From an uncultured Methanoregulaceae archaeon (GTDB lineage: Archaea > Halobacteriota > Methanomicrobia > Methanomicrobiales > Methanospirillaceae), in contig OY969564.1 in the NCBI GenBank assembly GCA_963701095.1, positions 1,888,001 through 1,952,000 of the forward strand: a stretch of 64,000 nt of DNA, written 5' to 3'. Of the stretch, positions 27,824 through 39,023 are shown one piece after another. The notes under the pieces were generated by a model. The model ran no database searches. It had not been told where the DNA came from and was given only the letters and a program-made list of their open reading frames with translations. Positions within the stretch are counted from its first letter, which is position 1. Each line of letters starts with the position of its first letter. The position numbers and the translations under genes are program-made.

Positions 27824-28597
27824 TCAGATGAATAACTGGATGAGGAAGTACAGACCAACTGCAGTCCCGATCGCAACAATAGTCCACCGGAGCTGGCCAG
27901 GATCAATCCTGCCCGCTATATGACCACCAGCTGCCCCTCCGATTAAAGCCCCGGCTGCCATAACAAGTGCCAACGGCCAGATAATGAGACCGGAAAAGAG
28001 GAAGAACAGTGCAGCGGCGACATTAGTGGCAAATGAAATGCACTGCTTGAGTGCGTTGAGCCGGGTAAGGGTATCATCAAGGAAAAGCCCGAGTACGGCA
28101 AGGATGATCACAGAAAGTCCTGGTCCGAAATATCCGCCGTAGATTGCGGCAAGACCGACAGGAAGGGTAGCGCTCCTACAACCGCTGACATCGTTACCGT
28201 CGTGCCCGGCATGCAGGCGGATCCAGGTTCGAACCCGGTCTTGGATCACAAGCAGGGCTGCGCCAAGCAGGATGAGGAACGGAACCAGCAGGTGGAAGGT
28301 CTGTTTGCTGACATACAACAGGAGCATGCCCCCAGTGAGGCCACCTATAATTCCGGCCGGGACGAGCATAATAAGGCGCTTCTTCTGTCCTACAAGATCT
28401 TTTCTCTGGGCGAGCGCTCCTCCGAAATAGCCGGGGCAGAGGGCAACCGTGTTTGTGATGTTTGCAACAACATCGGGTACACCGAGCGCAACGAGTGTCG
28501 GAAACGAGATCAGAGTGCCTCCACCGGCAATGGCGTTTACCATCCCTGCAGCGAGTGCGGCCAGCCCTGCAATTACGACTTCAGATCCGGAGAGCAT
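27824..28597 (-). CDS. TauE/SafE (TSUP) family membrane transporter
   Basis: AGMVNAIAGGGTLISFP and AIYGGYFGPG repeats; multiple TM helices. Confidence 0.9.
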   Translation of the reverse strand: MLSGSEVVIAGLAALAAGMVNAIAGGGTLISFPTLVALGVPDVVANITNTVALCPGYFGGALAQRKDLVGQKKRLIMLVPAGIIGGLTGGMLLLYVSKQTFHLLVPFLILLGAALLVIQDRVRTWIRLHAGHDGNDVSGCRSATLPVGLAAIYGGYFGPGLSVIILAVLGLFLDDTLTRLNALKQCISFATNVAAALFFLFSGLIIWPLALVMAAGALIGGAAGGHIAGRIDPGQLRWTIVAIGTAVGLYFLIQLFI

Positions 28598-28646
28598 GCG
28601 TGTTTCCCATTATGTTCTTCCGTGCGATGGGACGGCAGGTATAGGG

Positions 28647-29213
28647 TTACTTCAAGTTCTTAAAGAGTGCTTGTACGTCCATTATACGGATCCCGATATT
28701 CTCCATATCACGAACGTTTGCTTGATGAATCTCCTCCGACTGCGCTCCGGTTGCATCTTTTACAAGAATCACCTGGTAATTTAACGCGATAGCGTCAAAG
28801 GATGTAGTCCGGATACAGTTAGGGGTTTGGACACCGGTCACGATGAGTACCGTGATGCCCAAAGTGCGGAGCATGAGATCGAGTTCAGTACCGATAAACG
28901 CGCTCATCCGGATTTTTTCGATTACGTACTCTCCCGGGATAGGAGCCAGTTCGGAGATTTCCTGTGCTCCGGAAGAACCTGCTACGGCATACGGAAGTCG
29001 TTTAAAGAGGTTTTTCCGGGTTATCTCTACATCAGAACCGTCGCTGCGGTGAACTCGTAATATGTGAAAAACCGGAAAATTCTTTGCCCGGAAATAGTTA
29101 AGCACATCCCGGATTTTTGGGATTATGTTGTCTGCCTGGGCGACACGGAGGTGCGCCCCCTCACGGACAAAGTCGTTCTGCATATCTATGATTAACAGGG
29201 CAGGATGTTCCAT
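28647..29213 (-). CDS. Isochorismatase-family cysteine hydrolase
   Basis: ALLIIDMQNDF, EKIRMSAF, GVQTPNCIRTT catalytic motifs. Confidence 0.9.
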   Translation of the reverse strand: MEHPALLIIDMQNDFVREGAHLRVAQADNIIPKIRDVLNYFRAKNFPVFHILRVHRSDGSDVEITRKNLFKRLPYAVAGSSGAQEISELAPIPGEYVIEKIRMSAFIGTELDLMLRTLGITVLIVTGVQTPNCIRTTSFDAIALNYQVILVKDATGAQSEEIHQANVRDMENIGIRIMDVQALFKNLK

Positions 29214-29419
29214 GGATGATCACCTAATACAATGAAGATGTTGTTATAATGTTTATCCGTAAAATATAGTCCGGGATTATACTAGCACATAAAGGATTAG
29301 AAGTCTCATCTCCCTGCAGTGGGCAAAATATATGCAATAATTTGTTCGGGTGTTCTTTTGTAGCAAGAATCAGAAGATCAAATACGTCCACAACACTTAT
29401 TACCCCACCCTTACCATAG

Positions 29420-29425
29420 TATAAA
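29420..29425 (+). promoter_or_regulatory. TATA box of the tRNA-Ser/rps13 superoperon
   Basis: TATAAA about 65 nt upstream of the tRNA. Confidence 0.5.
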
Positions 29426-29487
29426 GCACCATTCATGGAGCAGCGGATTTTCCGTTGCGAGTGTCTGAGAAGATGCGAGATTCCTCT

Positions 29488-29572
29488 GTTGAGGTAGCCA
29501 AGCCTGGTATGGCGCAGGTTTGCTAAACCTGTGTCCCCTTGGGACTCGAGGGTTCAAATCCCTCCCTCAGCG
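29488..29572 (+). tRNA. tRNA-Ser (GCT)
   Basis: Acceptor GTTGAGG/CCTCAGC plus G discriminator; anticodon arm CAGGT-TTGCTAA-ACCTG; long variable arm GTCCC/GGGAC; GGTTCAAATCC T-loop; no encoded CCA. Confidence 0.95.
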
Positions 29573-29607
29573 CTTCAAAGAGATAATCTCAAAATCGAGG
29601 GGATTGG

Positions 29608-30069
29608 ATGGCACAGGAAGAAGAAATAAGATACTTTGTCCGGGTCGGCACGACCGATCTGGATGGCACGAAATCGGTACGGGTTGCATTGACCGGCATT
29701 AAGGGCGTTGGAAGGCATACCTCTACGGTTATCTCCCGGATGGCAAAGGTTGATGAGTACGCAAAGCTTGGCCTTCTTGACGAAGAGTCAGTCAACCGGA
29801 TCCGCGCTGCGGTCGAGAAATATGCCGGGAACATCCCGATGTGGATGGCAAACCGGCAAAAAGATCTCTACACAGGCGAGAACAAACACCTCATAGGCGG
29901 CGACGTTGCACTCGCCCGTGATGAAGATATCAATATGATGAGGAAGATCCGCTGCTATAAGGGAATTCGGCATGAAACCGGTCAAAAGGTTCGCGGGCAG
30001 CGCACCAAGTCTACTGGCAGAACCGGTGTGACTGTGGGTGTCAAAAAGACCAAGGAAGGAGGTCAGTAA
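29608..30069 (+). CDS. rps13: 30S ribosomal protein S13 (uS13)
   Basis: [31 protein letters not shown]. Confidence 0.97.
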   Translation: MAQEEEIRYFVRVGTTDLDGTKSVRVALTGIKGVGRHTSTVISRMAKVDEYAKLGLLDEESVNRIRAAVEKYAGNIPMWMANRQKDLYTGENKHLIGGDVALARDEDINMMRKIRCYKGIRHETGQKVRGQRTKSTGRTGVTVGVKKTKEGGQ

Positions 30070-30072
30070 GCC

Positions 30073-30630
30073 ATGGGATACCCAGGAAAGAATCACAAGT
30101 CCTACCAGACGCCCAAACGCCCGTTCGAAAAGACCCGGATCGAAGAAGAGACCCGGCTCGTTATCGAGTACGGCTTACGCAATAAGCGTGAGGTATGGAA
30201 AGCGCAAAGCCACCTGAGGAAATACCGCAAGGCCGCCCGTGAACTGCTTGCTCTTATGTCAAGCAGCAAAGATTCTGCAGTCTTCGAAGCGAAGAAGACG
30301 GAGCTTATCAGCCATATGCAACGTGCGGGGCTTCTTGGCCCAGATGCAGATATTGATAACGTCCTTGCCCTCAAAGTTCCGTCCCATCTTGAGCGCCGGC
30401 TCCAGACTATTGTTTATCGGAAAGGTCTTGCTCGCTCACCAAAACAAGCACGCCAATTCGTGACCCATGGTCACATTGCAATCGCAGGACGACGTGTCAC
30501 CATTCCGGGATACCTTGTAACCCGTGGAGAAGAAACCGCAATCTCCTATTATGGGACCTCTCCATTTGTTGATGCGGCCCATTCAGAAAGGACCCGTATA
30601 ACAAAACCCTCAGGTCCCGGAGTGAACTAA
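30073..30630 (+). CDS. rps4: 30S ribosomal protein S4 (uS4)
   Basis: [28 protein letters not shown]. Confidence 0.97.
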   Translation: MGYPGKNHKSYQTPKRPFEKTRIEEETRLVIEYGLRNKREVWKAQSHLRKYRKAARELLALMSSSKDSAVFEAKKTELISHMQRAGLLGPDADIDNVLALKVPSHLERRLQTIVYRKGLARSPKQARQFVTHGHIAIAGRRVTIPGYLVTRGEETAISYYGTSPFVDAAHSERTRITKPSGPGVN

Positions 30631-30631
30631 C

Positions 30632-31030
30632 ATGGCGGCAAACGACAAGGAAAAGTGGGGCATCGCACACATTTTTGCCTCCTTTAATAACACAATCATA
30701 ACAGTCACCGATCTTTCCGGTGCAGAAACCGTTACGAAAAGCAGCGGCGGTATGGTTGTCAAGCAGGACAGAAATGAGAGTTCCCCCTATGCAGCCATGC
30801 AAATGGCGGCAAACGTCGCCGCAGTTGCCAGAGAAAAAGGCATTGTGGGGGTCCACGTAAAGGTTCGGGCGCCCGGACAAGGTAAACAGCGTAGTCCCGG
30901 GCCCGGTGCTCAGGCAGCAATCCGCGCACTTGCAAGGGCAGGCATGCGCATTGGAAGAATCGAAGACGTCACACCTGTCCCGCACGATTCGTGCCGTCCA
31001 AAGGGTGGCAGACGAGGAAGGAGAGTGTGA
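30632..31030 (+). CDS. rps11: 30S ribosomal protein S11 (uS11)
   Basis: [27 protein letters not shown]. Confidence 0.97.
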   Translation: MAANDKEKWGIAHIFASFNNTIITVTDLSGAETVTKSSGGMVVKQDRNESSPYAAMQMAANVAAVAREKGIVGVHVKVRAPGQGKQRSPGPGAQAAIRALARAGMRIGRIEDVTPVPHDSCRPKGGRRGRRV

Positions 31031-31860
31031 TGGAGATCGAATTCGCGAGTCTGGACAATACTCTTGCACGATTTACTTTGTCGGGAGCGAAGCCGGGTTT
31101 TGCAAACGCGTTCCGCAGGGCAATGATCGGTGAAGTGCCGACCCTTGCAATCGAAGATGTGCGCATATACGATAACACGAGCGCGCTTTTCGACGAGATG
31201 CTAGCACACCGCCTTGGACTTATTCCGATAAAGACCGATCTTACCAGTTATTCGACTCAGGAAAATTGTTCGTGCGGAGGGGCAGGTTGTCCGTCTTGCA
31301 CGGTCACCTACACGCTAAGCGTTGAAGGTCCCAAACTGGTCACCTCAAGTGATCTTATACCTCAGGATCCAAAAGCAGCTCCTGTGAACGAGAATATCCC
31401 CATCGTGAAACTTGCGAAAGGGCAAAAACTGGTCATCGAAGCACGTGCAATCCTTAACACCGGCAAAGCTCATGCAAAATGGCAACCCACTCTCGTATGT
31501 GGGTACAAGAACCACCCGATTATTACCATCAGCCCATCCTGCGACGCGTGCGGCATGTGCGTGGATGAATGCCCCCGTACTATCCTTGCAGTCAAGGGAA
31601 AGAAAGTTGAGGTTGTAGAGGGCAAGCTTCCTGATTGTTCCATGTGCAAACTCTGTGAACGGGCCTGCATCGCCAGTGGTATCGGCGATGAACCCGCGAT
31701 CAGGATTTCCGCCTCACCGGACAGGTATATATTTGCGGTAGAGGGTGATGGATCGCTGCCCACAAAAGAGATCATGGTTCAGGCGCTTTCCTTTATCAGG
31801 GGAAAGGCAGACGAGCTAGAGAGACAGACAAGCGAGATTTCAGGGGAGGAAAAGAAATGA
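31030..31860 (+). CDS. rpoD: DNA-directed RNA polymerase subunit D (Rpo3) with ferredoxin-like insert
   Basis: ANAFRRAMIGEVPTLAI, AHRLGLIP, HAKWQP; CDACGMCVDECP and CSMCKLCERAC. Confidence 0.95.
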   Translation: MEIEFASLDNTLARFTLSGAKPGFANAFRRAMIGEVPTLAIEDVRIYDNTSALFDEMLAHRLGLIPIKTDLTSYSTQENCSCGGAGCPSCTVTYTLSVEGPKLVTSSDLIPQDPKAAPVNENIPIVKLAKGQKLVIEARAILNTGKAHAKWQPTLVCGYKNHPIITISPSCDACGMCVDECPRTILAVKGKKVEVVEGKLPDCSMCKLCERACIASGIGDEPAIRISASPDRYIFAVEGDGSLPTKEIMVQALSFIRGKADELERQTSEISGEEKK

Positions 31861-32222
31861 CACGAAATGTGGAAAAGACAAACCCCCGTCTTACCAACCT
31901 CATTCTGCTCTTGAAGAACACATCAAGGGAGAACGAGGCAAAGATCTGGCGCGAAATTGCAGGCAGGCTGGAGACCCCCAACCGGAATTATGCAGAGGTC
32001 AACCTGTCCAAGATCAACCGCTACGCTCAAAATGGAGAGATAATCCTAGTACCCGGCAAGGTACTGGGGTCCGGCGTGCTGGAGCAGTCAGTTAAGATTG
32101 CTGCACTGAATTTTTCCGAATCAGCAACGAGCAAGATCAGGAACGCAAAAGGGCAGTGCATGACAATTGAACAGCTTTTAAAGGATAACCCCAAAGGAAG
32201 CGGTGTCCGGATCCTGAGGTGA
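31857..32222 (+). CDS. rpl18e: 50S ribosomal protein L18e (eL18)
   Basis: KTNPRL, EVNLSKINRY, VPGKVLGSG. Confidence 0.96.
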   Translation: MTRNVEKTNPRLTNLILLLKNTSRENEAKIWREIAGRLETPNRNYAEVNLSKINRYAQNGEIILVPGKVLGSGVLEQSVKIAALNFSESATSKIRNAKGQCMTIEQLLKDNPKGSGVRILR

Positions 32223-32229
32223 ATAAGAT

Positions 32230-32652
32230 ATGGTTACCGTAATCAACGGAGATGGACTTATTCTCGGGAGGCTTGCAAGCACAATGGCCCGCCGTGCCCT
32301 TGATGGCGAAGAGATCGCAATTGTCAATGTCGAAAAAATCATTATTTCCGGCAGCCGAGCTCGCGTTCTGGGCAATTACTACCATAAGCGTGAACGCGGA
32401 TCTACTGACTGGGGCCCATATTTCCCCCGTAGACCGGACCATATCACCAAGCGTACGATCCGCGGCATGCTTCCCTATAAGCGACCCCGTGGTGTTGATG
32501 CAATGAAACGCATCCGGTGTTACGTTGGCATCCCGGTTCAATTTGCAGGTGCAGCAATGGAAGTTCCAGAAGATGTCCACATGAACCGGCTCAACAACCC
32601 GCAGTTCGTGACGCTATCAGCAGTATGCACGGCACTCGGAGCCAAGTTCTAA
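32230..32652 (+). CDS. rpl13: 50S ribosomal protein L13 (uL13)
   Basis: [25 protein letters not shown]. Confidence 0.96.
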   Translation: MVTVINGDGLILGRLASTMARRALDGEEIAIVNVEKIIISGSRARVLGNYYHKRERGSTDWGPYFPRRPDHITKRTIRGMLPYKRPRGVDAMKRIRCYVGIPVQFAGAAMEVPEDVHMNRLNNPQFVTLSAVCTALGAKF

Positions 32653-32662
32653 GGTGGTCACT

Positions 32663-33064
32663 ATGGCGAAAATCATAAACACAAGCGGAAAACGGAAAAC
32701 AGCAATTGCCCGGGCAACGATAAAGGCCGGCAAAGGCGTGATCAGGGTTAACTCCGTGCCTCTCGAAAAATACGGCACCGAGACTACTCGTATGAAAATT
32801 GCCGAGCCGCTCCTTCTTGTCCCCAGCGCAACAAGTGAAATTGACGTGACTATCGACGTTTCCGGCGGCGGGGTCATGGGACAAGCAGAGGCGGTGCGCA
32901 CTGCGCTCGCCAGGGGCATTCTTGAGTGGACAAATGATCCTGCTATCAAGGATGTCTATCTTGCTTATGACAGAACGCTTCTTGTCAATGACTCACGGCA
33001 GAAAGAGACCAAAAAACCACATGGCCGTGGTGCACGCAAGAAATTCCAAAAGTCTTATCGTTAA
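32663..33064 (+). CDS. rps9: 30S ribosomal protein S9 (uS9)
   Basis: [30 protein letters not shown]. Confidence 0.96.
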   Translation: MAKIINTSGKRKTAIARATIKAGKGVIRVNSVPLEKYGTETTRMKIAEPLLLVPSATSEIDVTIDVSGGGVMGQAEAVRTALARGILEWTNDPAIKDVYLAYDRTLLVNDSRQKETKKPHGRGARKKFQKSYR

Positions 33065-33093
33065 ACTAAAAGAAATAAGAGAGGTCGAAAATC

Positions 33094-33282
33094 TTGATAC
33101 CCGTACGATGTTTCACCTGTGGAAAGACCATTTCTACAGCATGGGAAGAATTTAAGGCGCGGCGGGAGAAAGGCGAGGATCCTAAAAAGATCCTCGACGA
33201 TCTCGGTATCACCCGATACTGTTGCCGGCGCATGCTTCTGACCCACAAAGAGATCATTGATGAGCTCAACCCGTACCAGTAA
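33094..33282 (+). CDS. rpoN: RNA polymerase subunit N (Rpo10)
   Basis: [10 protein letters not shown]...RYCCRRM; TTG start with GAGGT RBS. Confidence 0.95.
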   Translation: MIPVRCFTCGKTISTAWEEFKARREKGEDPKKILDDLGITRYCCRRMLLTHKEIIDELNPYQ

Positions 33283-33291
33283 TATGACCGA

Positions 33292-33366
33292 GGGGTCGTG
33301 GGGTAGCCTGGACTATCCTATTGCGTTCGGGACGCAGTGACCTGAGTTCGAATCTCAGCGACCCCA
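33292..33366 (+). tRNA. tRNA-Pro (CGG)
   Basis: Acceptor GGGGTCG/CGACCCC plus A; anticodon arm TTGCG-TTCGGGA-CGCAG; GTTCGAATC T-loop. Confidence 0.95.
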
Positions 33367-33406
33367 TTTTCCAGAACAGATAATGGAACCATTTTGAGGA
33401 TGAGGA

Positions 33407-33580
33407 ATGCAGACACAGACATACACCCGGTATGAACGGGCGAGGATTATTGGAGCAAGGGCTCTGCAAATATCAATGGGTGCTCCCTTACTTATCACTA
33501 CTTCCCGGATCGATCCCCTTGAGATCGCCATCGAGGAATTCAACGCAAACATTATTCCCATTACCGTAAAGCGAAGATGA
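33407..33580 (+). CDS. rpoK: RNA polymerase subunit K (Rpo6)
   Basis: Below the ORF-track cut-off. Manual translation [27 protein letters not shown]...IPITVKRR* (57 aa). Confidence 0.95.
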   Translation: MQTQTYTRYERARIIGARALQISMGAPLLITTSRIDPLEIAIEEFNANIIPITVKRR

Positions 33581-33592
33581 GAGGTTGAAGTT

Positions 33593-34780
33593 ATGACGAT
33601 CATTGAGGCAATCGAGCTGCGGACGATTCTGGACAGCCGGGGAAACCCGACTGTTGAGGCCGAAATATCGACATCCGGCGGATTTGGCCGTGCAGCGGCA
33701 CCAAGCGGTGCAAGCACCGGGGCAGCAGAAGCCAAAGTCCTTCCCCCAGCGGCAGCTATAGAGCATGCCACCCAGAATCTTATTCCGGCACTTATCGGTT
33801 TGGACTCTTCCGATCAGGAAGGTTTTGACGATCAGCTCCGTGATATTGACGGGACTGCTGATTTCTCAGGCATTGGGGCAAATGTAGCTGTTGCCCTTTC
33901 TCTTGCAAATGCAAAGGCGGCTGCCTCTGCATTGGGTTTCCCTCTCTTCCGATACCTTGGGGGAGCTTTTGTCCGCGAGATGCCGCTCCCTCTAGGTAAC
34001 GTTATCGGTGGCGGCGCCCATGCTGCAAATGCGACAGAGATTCAGGAATTTTTAGTGGTCCCGGGAGGAGCAGCGGATGCAGAAGAGGCTGTTTTTGCCA
34101 ATGCTGCAGTACACAGGATCGTCAAGGATCTTCTCAAGAAAAAGGGAATTGCCGCCGGCAAGGGTGATGAGGGTGCATGGGCACCACAAATTGATGATGC
34201 CCTTGCATTTGAGCTCATTGCCGAGGCAACCGGACGCGTGGAAGACGAAATGAATGTCTCGGTCGACATGGGTATTGATGTCGCAGCAAGCCAGATGTGG
34301 ACTGGTTCCGGGTACAGGTACCGCAATCAAGTCCGCACAACCGAGGACCAGATCGCATATATCGCCGAGCTCGTCGACAAATACAATCTCGTATATGTCG
34401 AGGATCCCCTTCATGAAAATGATTTTGACGCTTTTGCCGAACTTAATCGCCAGGTTGGCGACCGATGCCTGCTGTGTGGGGATGATCTCTTTGTTACACA
34501 GGTCAACCGCATTGAGCAGGGTATCGAAGCCGGCTCCGCCAATTGCGTACTTATCAAGCCAAATCAGGTTGGCACACTCTCCGATACTTTCGAGGCTGTC
34601 CGCCTGTCTCACACCCATGGTCTGGATACCGTGATGAGTCACCGGTCCGGTGAGACCACGGATACTACCATTGCTCACCTTGCCACAGCATTCTCCTGCA
34701 TCTTCTTAAAATGCGGGGTAGTTGGCGGCGAACGCATTGCCAAATTAAACGAACTCATACGCATAGAGGAACAACTATGA
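33593..34780 (+). CDS. eno: Enolase
   Basis: [38 protein letters not shown]. Confidence 0.97.
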   Translation: MTIIEAIELRTILDSRGNPTVEAEISTSGGFGRAAAPSGASTGAAEAKVLPPAAAIEHATQNLIPALIGLDSSDQEGFDDQLRDIDGTADFSGIGANVAVALSLANAKAAASALGFPLFRYLGGAFVREMPLPLGNVIGGGAHAANATEIQEFLVVPGGAADAEEAVFANAAVHRIVKDLLKKKGIAAGKGDEGAWAPQIDDALAFELIAEATGRVEDEMNVSVDMGIDVAASQMWTGSGYRYRNQVRTTEDQIAYIAELVDKYNLVYVEDPLHENDFDAFAELNRQVGDRCLLCGDDLFVTQVNRIEQGIEAGSANCVLIKPNQVGTLSDTFEAVRLSHTHGLDTVMSHRSGETTDTTIAHLATAFSCIFLKCGVVGGERIAKLNELIRIEEQL

Positions 34781-35387
34781 CCCCAGTAAACGAGATGGAA
34801 ATAGAATTAAAGGAACCGCTCATCCCCGTAGAGGAGTACCTCGCAGCCGGTGTCCACATCGGTACGCAGCAGAAAAGCGAGGATATGAAGAAGTTCATCT
34901 ACCGTGTCCGCGGTGATGGGCTGTATATTCTTGATATCCGCGAGACGGACGCACGCATTAAGACCGTTGCAAAGTTCCTAAACCAGTACGAAGCCCCCGA
35001 TATTCTTGTCGTCACTTCCCGTCAGTACGGCCAGTACCCGGCAAAGAAATTTGCAGATTCCATCGGGGCTATGTCTGCCACTGGTCGGTTTATTCCTGGC
35101 ATGCTCACCAATCCCGTTCTCGACGGCTATATCGAACCGAAGGTTGTCGTTGTGACCGATCCGATTGGCGATGCTCAGGTTATAAACGAAGCCGTCCAGT
35201 GCGGTATCCCGGTTGTCGCGCTTTGTGACACTAACAACATGACCAAGTTCGTAGATCTTGTGATCCCCACGAACAACAAAGGCAGGAAAGCCCTTTCGAT
35301 GATCTATTTCCTCCTTACCGGGAGATGCTGCGACTCCGGGGGATTGCAACGGGTCTCACGCAGGAAGATTTCGAAACTGAGATCTGA
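34777..35387 (+). CDS. rps2: 30S ribosomal protein S2 (uS2); frameshift at ~35318-35322
   Basis: [27 protein letters not shown]. Adding one base restores [11 protein letters not shown]...DFETEI*. Confidence 0.93.
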
Positions 35388-35456
35388 TGCAGGTCCCTTC
35401 TATCCCCTTTTTAGATCGATCGTTAAATATAACAGAACGACCAGAGGGTTGATCCG

Positions 35457-36245
35457 ATGAAGACGCGTCGATGCGCATTAGCGGGCATGTTCTATCCCCG
35501 GGATCCATCTCATCTCGGGCAGCTCCTAGCAGGTTTTTTCTCAAAGACCGGGACCGGTGAAAAAGCTTTGGGTGTCGTCAGCCCGCATGCCGGTTATATC
35601 TATTCCGGCCAGATCGCAGCCCACGCATTTTCAAATATAAGTCCAGATTTTTCTGGCACATTCATTGTTATCGGCCCGTCTCATCACGGGTATCTTACCA
35701 GCGTATCTTCGATTCCTTGGGAGACCCCTCTTGGGATTGTCGATGTGGATACTGAATTTATTGAGGTACTGGATATTGTAATCGACGAACCTTCACAAAA
35801 CGAAGAACACTCGATAGAAGTTCAGATGCCGTTTATCAAGTATCGGTTCCCGCGATCGTCTGTGGTTCCTATTATGATGGGGGCGCAGGATCCCGCACAC
35901 GTCGCCGCTGTAGCAGAGAAAATTGTTGCGGCTTACCGTCTGACAAAACGGGACATACGGCTAATTGCGTCAAGCGATTTTTCGCATTATGTGCCCGAAG
36001 CACAGGCAAAAGACGGCGATCTCTATGCAATCGAATCTTTAACAAGGCTTGATATAAATGAATTCTACCGGCGGATCCGGGAGAAACGCGTAACGGCGTG
36101 CGGGTACGGTCCGATAAGCGTTATGGTATCTGTATGCAAGAGTATGGGTGCCCGGGAAGGACGACTGATCCGATATGGGACAAGTGGGGATGTTACCGGT
36201 GACAGGAACGAAGTCGTGGGGTACGCAGCCTTTGCGGTGATATAG
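35457..36245 (+). CDS. MEMO1-family protein (AmmeMemoRadiSam protein B)
   Basis: [43 protein letters not shown]. Confidence 0.92.
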   Translation: MKTRRCALAGMFYPRDPSHLGQLLAGFFSKTGTGEKALGVVSPHAGYIYSGQIAAHAFSNISPDFSGTFIVIGPSHHGYLTSVSSIPWETPLGIVDVDTEFIEVLDIVIDEPSQNEEHSIEVQMPFIKYRFPRSSVVPIMMGAQDPAHVAAVAEKIVAAYRLTKRDIRLIASSDFSHYVPEAQAKDGDLYAIESLTRLDINEFYRRIREKRVTACGYGPISVMVSVCKSMGAREGRLIRYGTSGDVTGDRNEVVGYAAFAVI

Positions 36246-36246
36246 G

Positions 36247-37116
36247 TTGGCAACGTGGAGTGCGCCGGGCAAGGTATTTCTGTTCGGCGAGCATGCAGTT
36301 GTGTACGGAAAGCCCGGCATAGCTATGGCTATTAAACCCCGGGTTTTTGTGACGGTAAGAAAATCACGACGTCCGCAAAGGGCAAAATCTCCCTATATAG
36401 ACGGGTGTTTTGATGCAATGGGTGTGGCAGGGAGCGTCTACATAAACTCGCAGATACCCAGCTCGTCAGGTCTTGGGTCATCCGCTGCAGTCACGGTGGC
36501 TACGTTATCGGCAATAAATGACGAGTTTGCTATTGGAAAAAACCGGGAAGATATCGCAAACATGGCTTTTGAGATCGAAAAAACCGTGCAGAAGGGACGG
36601 GCGAGTCCCACCGATACTACCGTTTCCACATACGGCGGAATTGTACTTATCTGCGGAGGTTCACGAAGACGCCTCGCCCCCCAGAACATGCATATGGTGA
36701 TCGGAGATTCTCTGGTTTCACATAGCACGGCCAAAATGGTAGAACAGGTTGCGGATTTGAAAAAACAGAGTCCGGAAATCGTTAATCCAATCCTTGATGC
36801 GATAGAAGGTGTGAGTCTTGCAGCTATTCACCACTTGGCAAATCACCGGGAACTCGGAAGATACATGAATATGAATCACGCGCTGCTCGAAGCTCTTGGT
36901 GTCGGCCATCCACAGCTTTCCCGGCTGGTTCTCGCTGCCCGTTCTGCTGGGGCATTTGGTGCGAAAATTACGGGGGCTGGTGGCGGAGGTTGTATGGTGG
37001 CGCTCTGTGCAAAGCCCATCCGGCACCGGGTTGCCCAAGCCATCCAGTCTTGTGATGCACGGGCTATAGTGACTGGTATTGATACCGAGGGTGCACGGAA
37101 GGAGAAGAATGTCTGA
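36247..37116 (+). CDS. mvk: Mevalonate kinase
   Basis: APGKVFLFGEHAVVYG, PSSSGLGSSAA, KITGAGGGGC. Confidence 0.95.
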   Translation: MATWSAPGKVFLFGEHAVVYGKPGIAMAIKPRVFVTVRKSRRPQRAKSPYIDGCFDAMGVAGSVYINSQIPSSSGLGSSAAVTVATLSAINDEFAIGKNREDIANMAFEIEKTVQKGRASPTDTTVSTYGGIVLICGGSRRRLAPQNMHMVIGDSLVSHSTAKMVEQVADLKKQSPEIVNPILDAIEGVSLAAIHHLANHRELGRYMNMNHALLEALGVGHPQLSRLVLAARSAGAFGAKITGAGGGGCMVALCAKPIRHRVAQAIQSCDARAIVTGIDTEGARKEKNV

Positions 37117-37864
37117 CCTCGTAATACTCAAGCTCGGAGGCAGCGTAATCACGGACAAAGGGGCAGATTGCCGAGTTAACCGGATTGCATTGAACAGTAT
37201 TGCGACGACCATTGCAAATGCTCCAATATCAGGACTTATAATCGTTCACGGCGCTGGGTCATGCGGACACCCGGAGGCCAAAAGGTACCGGCTTGATAAG
37301 GGAGCCGTGGCAGGTCAGACAGAGGGAATTACAGTAACCCATCGCATTGTTAGCGCCCTAAATGCGGAAGTTGTCAGCGCCCTTCGTGAGGTTGGTGTCC
37401 CGGCGCTTGGGGTTCATCCACTCCATGTATGTATTGCTGACAAGGGCAGGTTAATCGCATTTGAGAACCGGCATCTGCAAGAGATGCTCGCGCTTGGTAT
37501 GGTTCCTGTGATCCACGGTGACGTGGTGATGGACCTTTCACATGGAGCCTGCATAGTGTCAGGCGATCAGCTCGTGCGTTATCTTGCGGTTGCACTCAAA
37601 TGTACCCGTGTAGGACTCGCCACCGATGTACCGGGAGTGCTGGATGGAGAACGCGTGGTCCCGGAGATTACTCCGCGGACTGTGGATGCGCTCCATATTG
37701 GCAACTCGTCACATACCGATGTAACCGGTGGAATGAAAGGGAAAATTGACGAACTGCTCGGGCTTGCTGCGGCGGGTTCCGGTGCAGATATATTCGAGGT
37801 TTCGCGTCTCGGCGACTTCCTTGCAGGAAAGGATCACGGCGGAACAAAGGTTAGAGGGGGATAA
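37109..37864 (+). CDS. ipk: Isopentenyl phosphate kinase
   Basis: LKLGGSVITDK, HGAGSCGH, SGDQL, DVTGGMKGK; lies between mvk and fni. Confidence 0.9.
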   Translation: MSDLVILKLGGSVITDKGADCRVNRIALNSIATTIANAPISGLIIVHGAGSCGHPEAKRYRLDKGAVAGQTEGITVTHRIVSALNAEVVSALREVGVPALGVHPLHVCIADKGRLIAFENRHLQEMLALGMVPVIHGDVVMDLSHGACIVSGDQLVRYLAVALKCTRVGLATDVPGVLDGERVVPEITPRTVDALHIGNSSHTDVTGGMKGKIDELLGLAAAGSGADIFEVSRLGDFLAGKDHGGTKVRGG

Positions 37865-37869
37865 GAGAA

Positions 37870-38949
37870 ATGGCGGATAAGCAACGATTTACCTCATCGC
37901 GCAAACTCGACCATCTGCGAATCTGCGCAGAAAAAGAAGTTGAATCTGGCGATACAGGTTTTGGGGATATCAGGCTGGTTCACAATGCCCTGCCGGAATG
38001 CAATATGCGTTCGATTGATCTCTCCACCCGGCTTTTTGGTCACGCTCTCGCATCCCCTCTCTTTATCTCTGCGATGACCGGGGGACATCCCGGAACAAAG
38101 GAAACAAATGCCCGTCTTGCCCGGATTGCCGAACGGTTTGGCATTGGCATGGGTGTAGGATCCCAAAGAGCAGCGCTTGAAAACCCGGCGCTTGTGGATA
38201 CATTCTCGGTTGTCCGTGAAGAGGCTCCTCATGCATTCCTTGTCGCAAATCTTGGCGCCGTGCAACTACGTGACCATGGAACAGCATGGGCAGAGCAGGC
38301 CATCGAGATGATTAACGCTAACGCGATTGCAATTCATCTGAATTTCCTTCAGGAAGCCATCCAGCCGGAAGGCGACCACAATGCAACAGGCTGCCTCGCT
38401 GCGATTGCGGCACTCTGTGGCGAGATAAAAACTCCGGTGATCATCAAAGAGACCGGCTGTGGAATTTCAAGGGAAGTCGCCCGCCAGTGCTGGAGTGTAG
38501 GAATCGGGGCCATTGATATCGGTGGCTGGGGGGGTACTTCATGGGCGGCTGTCGAAAGTATCCGCGCACACGAAAGCCGGAATGCTCAGGACAAGTATCT
38601 CAAGACCCTTGGCGAAGATTTTGCAAGTTGGGGTATCCCAACGGTGGTAAGCCTTGCCGAAGTAGCTGGAACTGGCAGTCCGGTAATAGCATCCGGGGGT
38701 GTCAGGAACGGGATTGATATAGCGAAGTCTCTTGCCCTTGGGGCTGATCTCTGTGGCATGGCACTCCCTTTCCTCAAACCGGCTCTTGAGAGCGATGAGG
38801 CACTTACTTCCAAGGTTGAGGCGATCCACCGGGAACTGGTTGCGTCAATGTTCCTTTGCGGAGCTTCAAAGGTTCGTGATATGCGTAGTGCACGGCTCCT
38901 GATTACGGGAAAAACTCGACTGATGATGGATGATGGCAATCCTTCGTGA
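37870..38949 (+). CDS. fni: Type 2 isopentenyl-diphosphate delta-isomerase
   Basis: RKLDHL, AMTGG, GVGSQR, HLNFLQE, KETGCG, GGTSW. Confidence 0.95.
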   Translation: MADKQRFTSSRKLDHLRICAEKEVESGDTGFGDIRLVHNALPECNMRSIDLSTRLFGHALASPLFISAMTGGHPGTKETNARLARIAERFGIGMGVGSQRAALENPALVDTFSVVREEAPHAFLVANLGAVQLRDHGTAWAEQAIEMINANAIAIHLNFLQEAIQPEGDHNATGCLAAIAALCGEIKTPVIIKETGCGISREVARQCWSVGIGAIDIGGWGGTSWAAVESIRAHESRNAQDKYLKTLGEDFASWGIPTVVSLAEVAGTGSPVIASGGVRNGIDIAKSLALGADLCGMALPFLKPALESDEALTSKVEAIHRELVASMFLCGASKVRDMRSARLLITGKTRLMMDDGNPS

Positions 38950-39023
38950 AGCGATTACAAAACAAAAAGCGGAGTCAGGTTTTAAAGAATACCTGCAGTA
39001 CAACATAAAACAGGAGAAAAAAC

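Noticed and set aside
29224..29436. 70-aa minus-strand ORF
   Set aside because: It overlaps the tRNA promoter region, has no motif, and has non-coding-like composition.
31530..31680. Ferredoxin-like insert in RpoD as a novelty
   Set aside because: This is a known feature of Rpo3 in many archaea, including methanogens.
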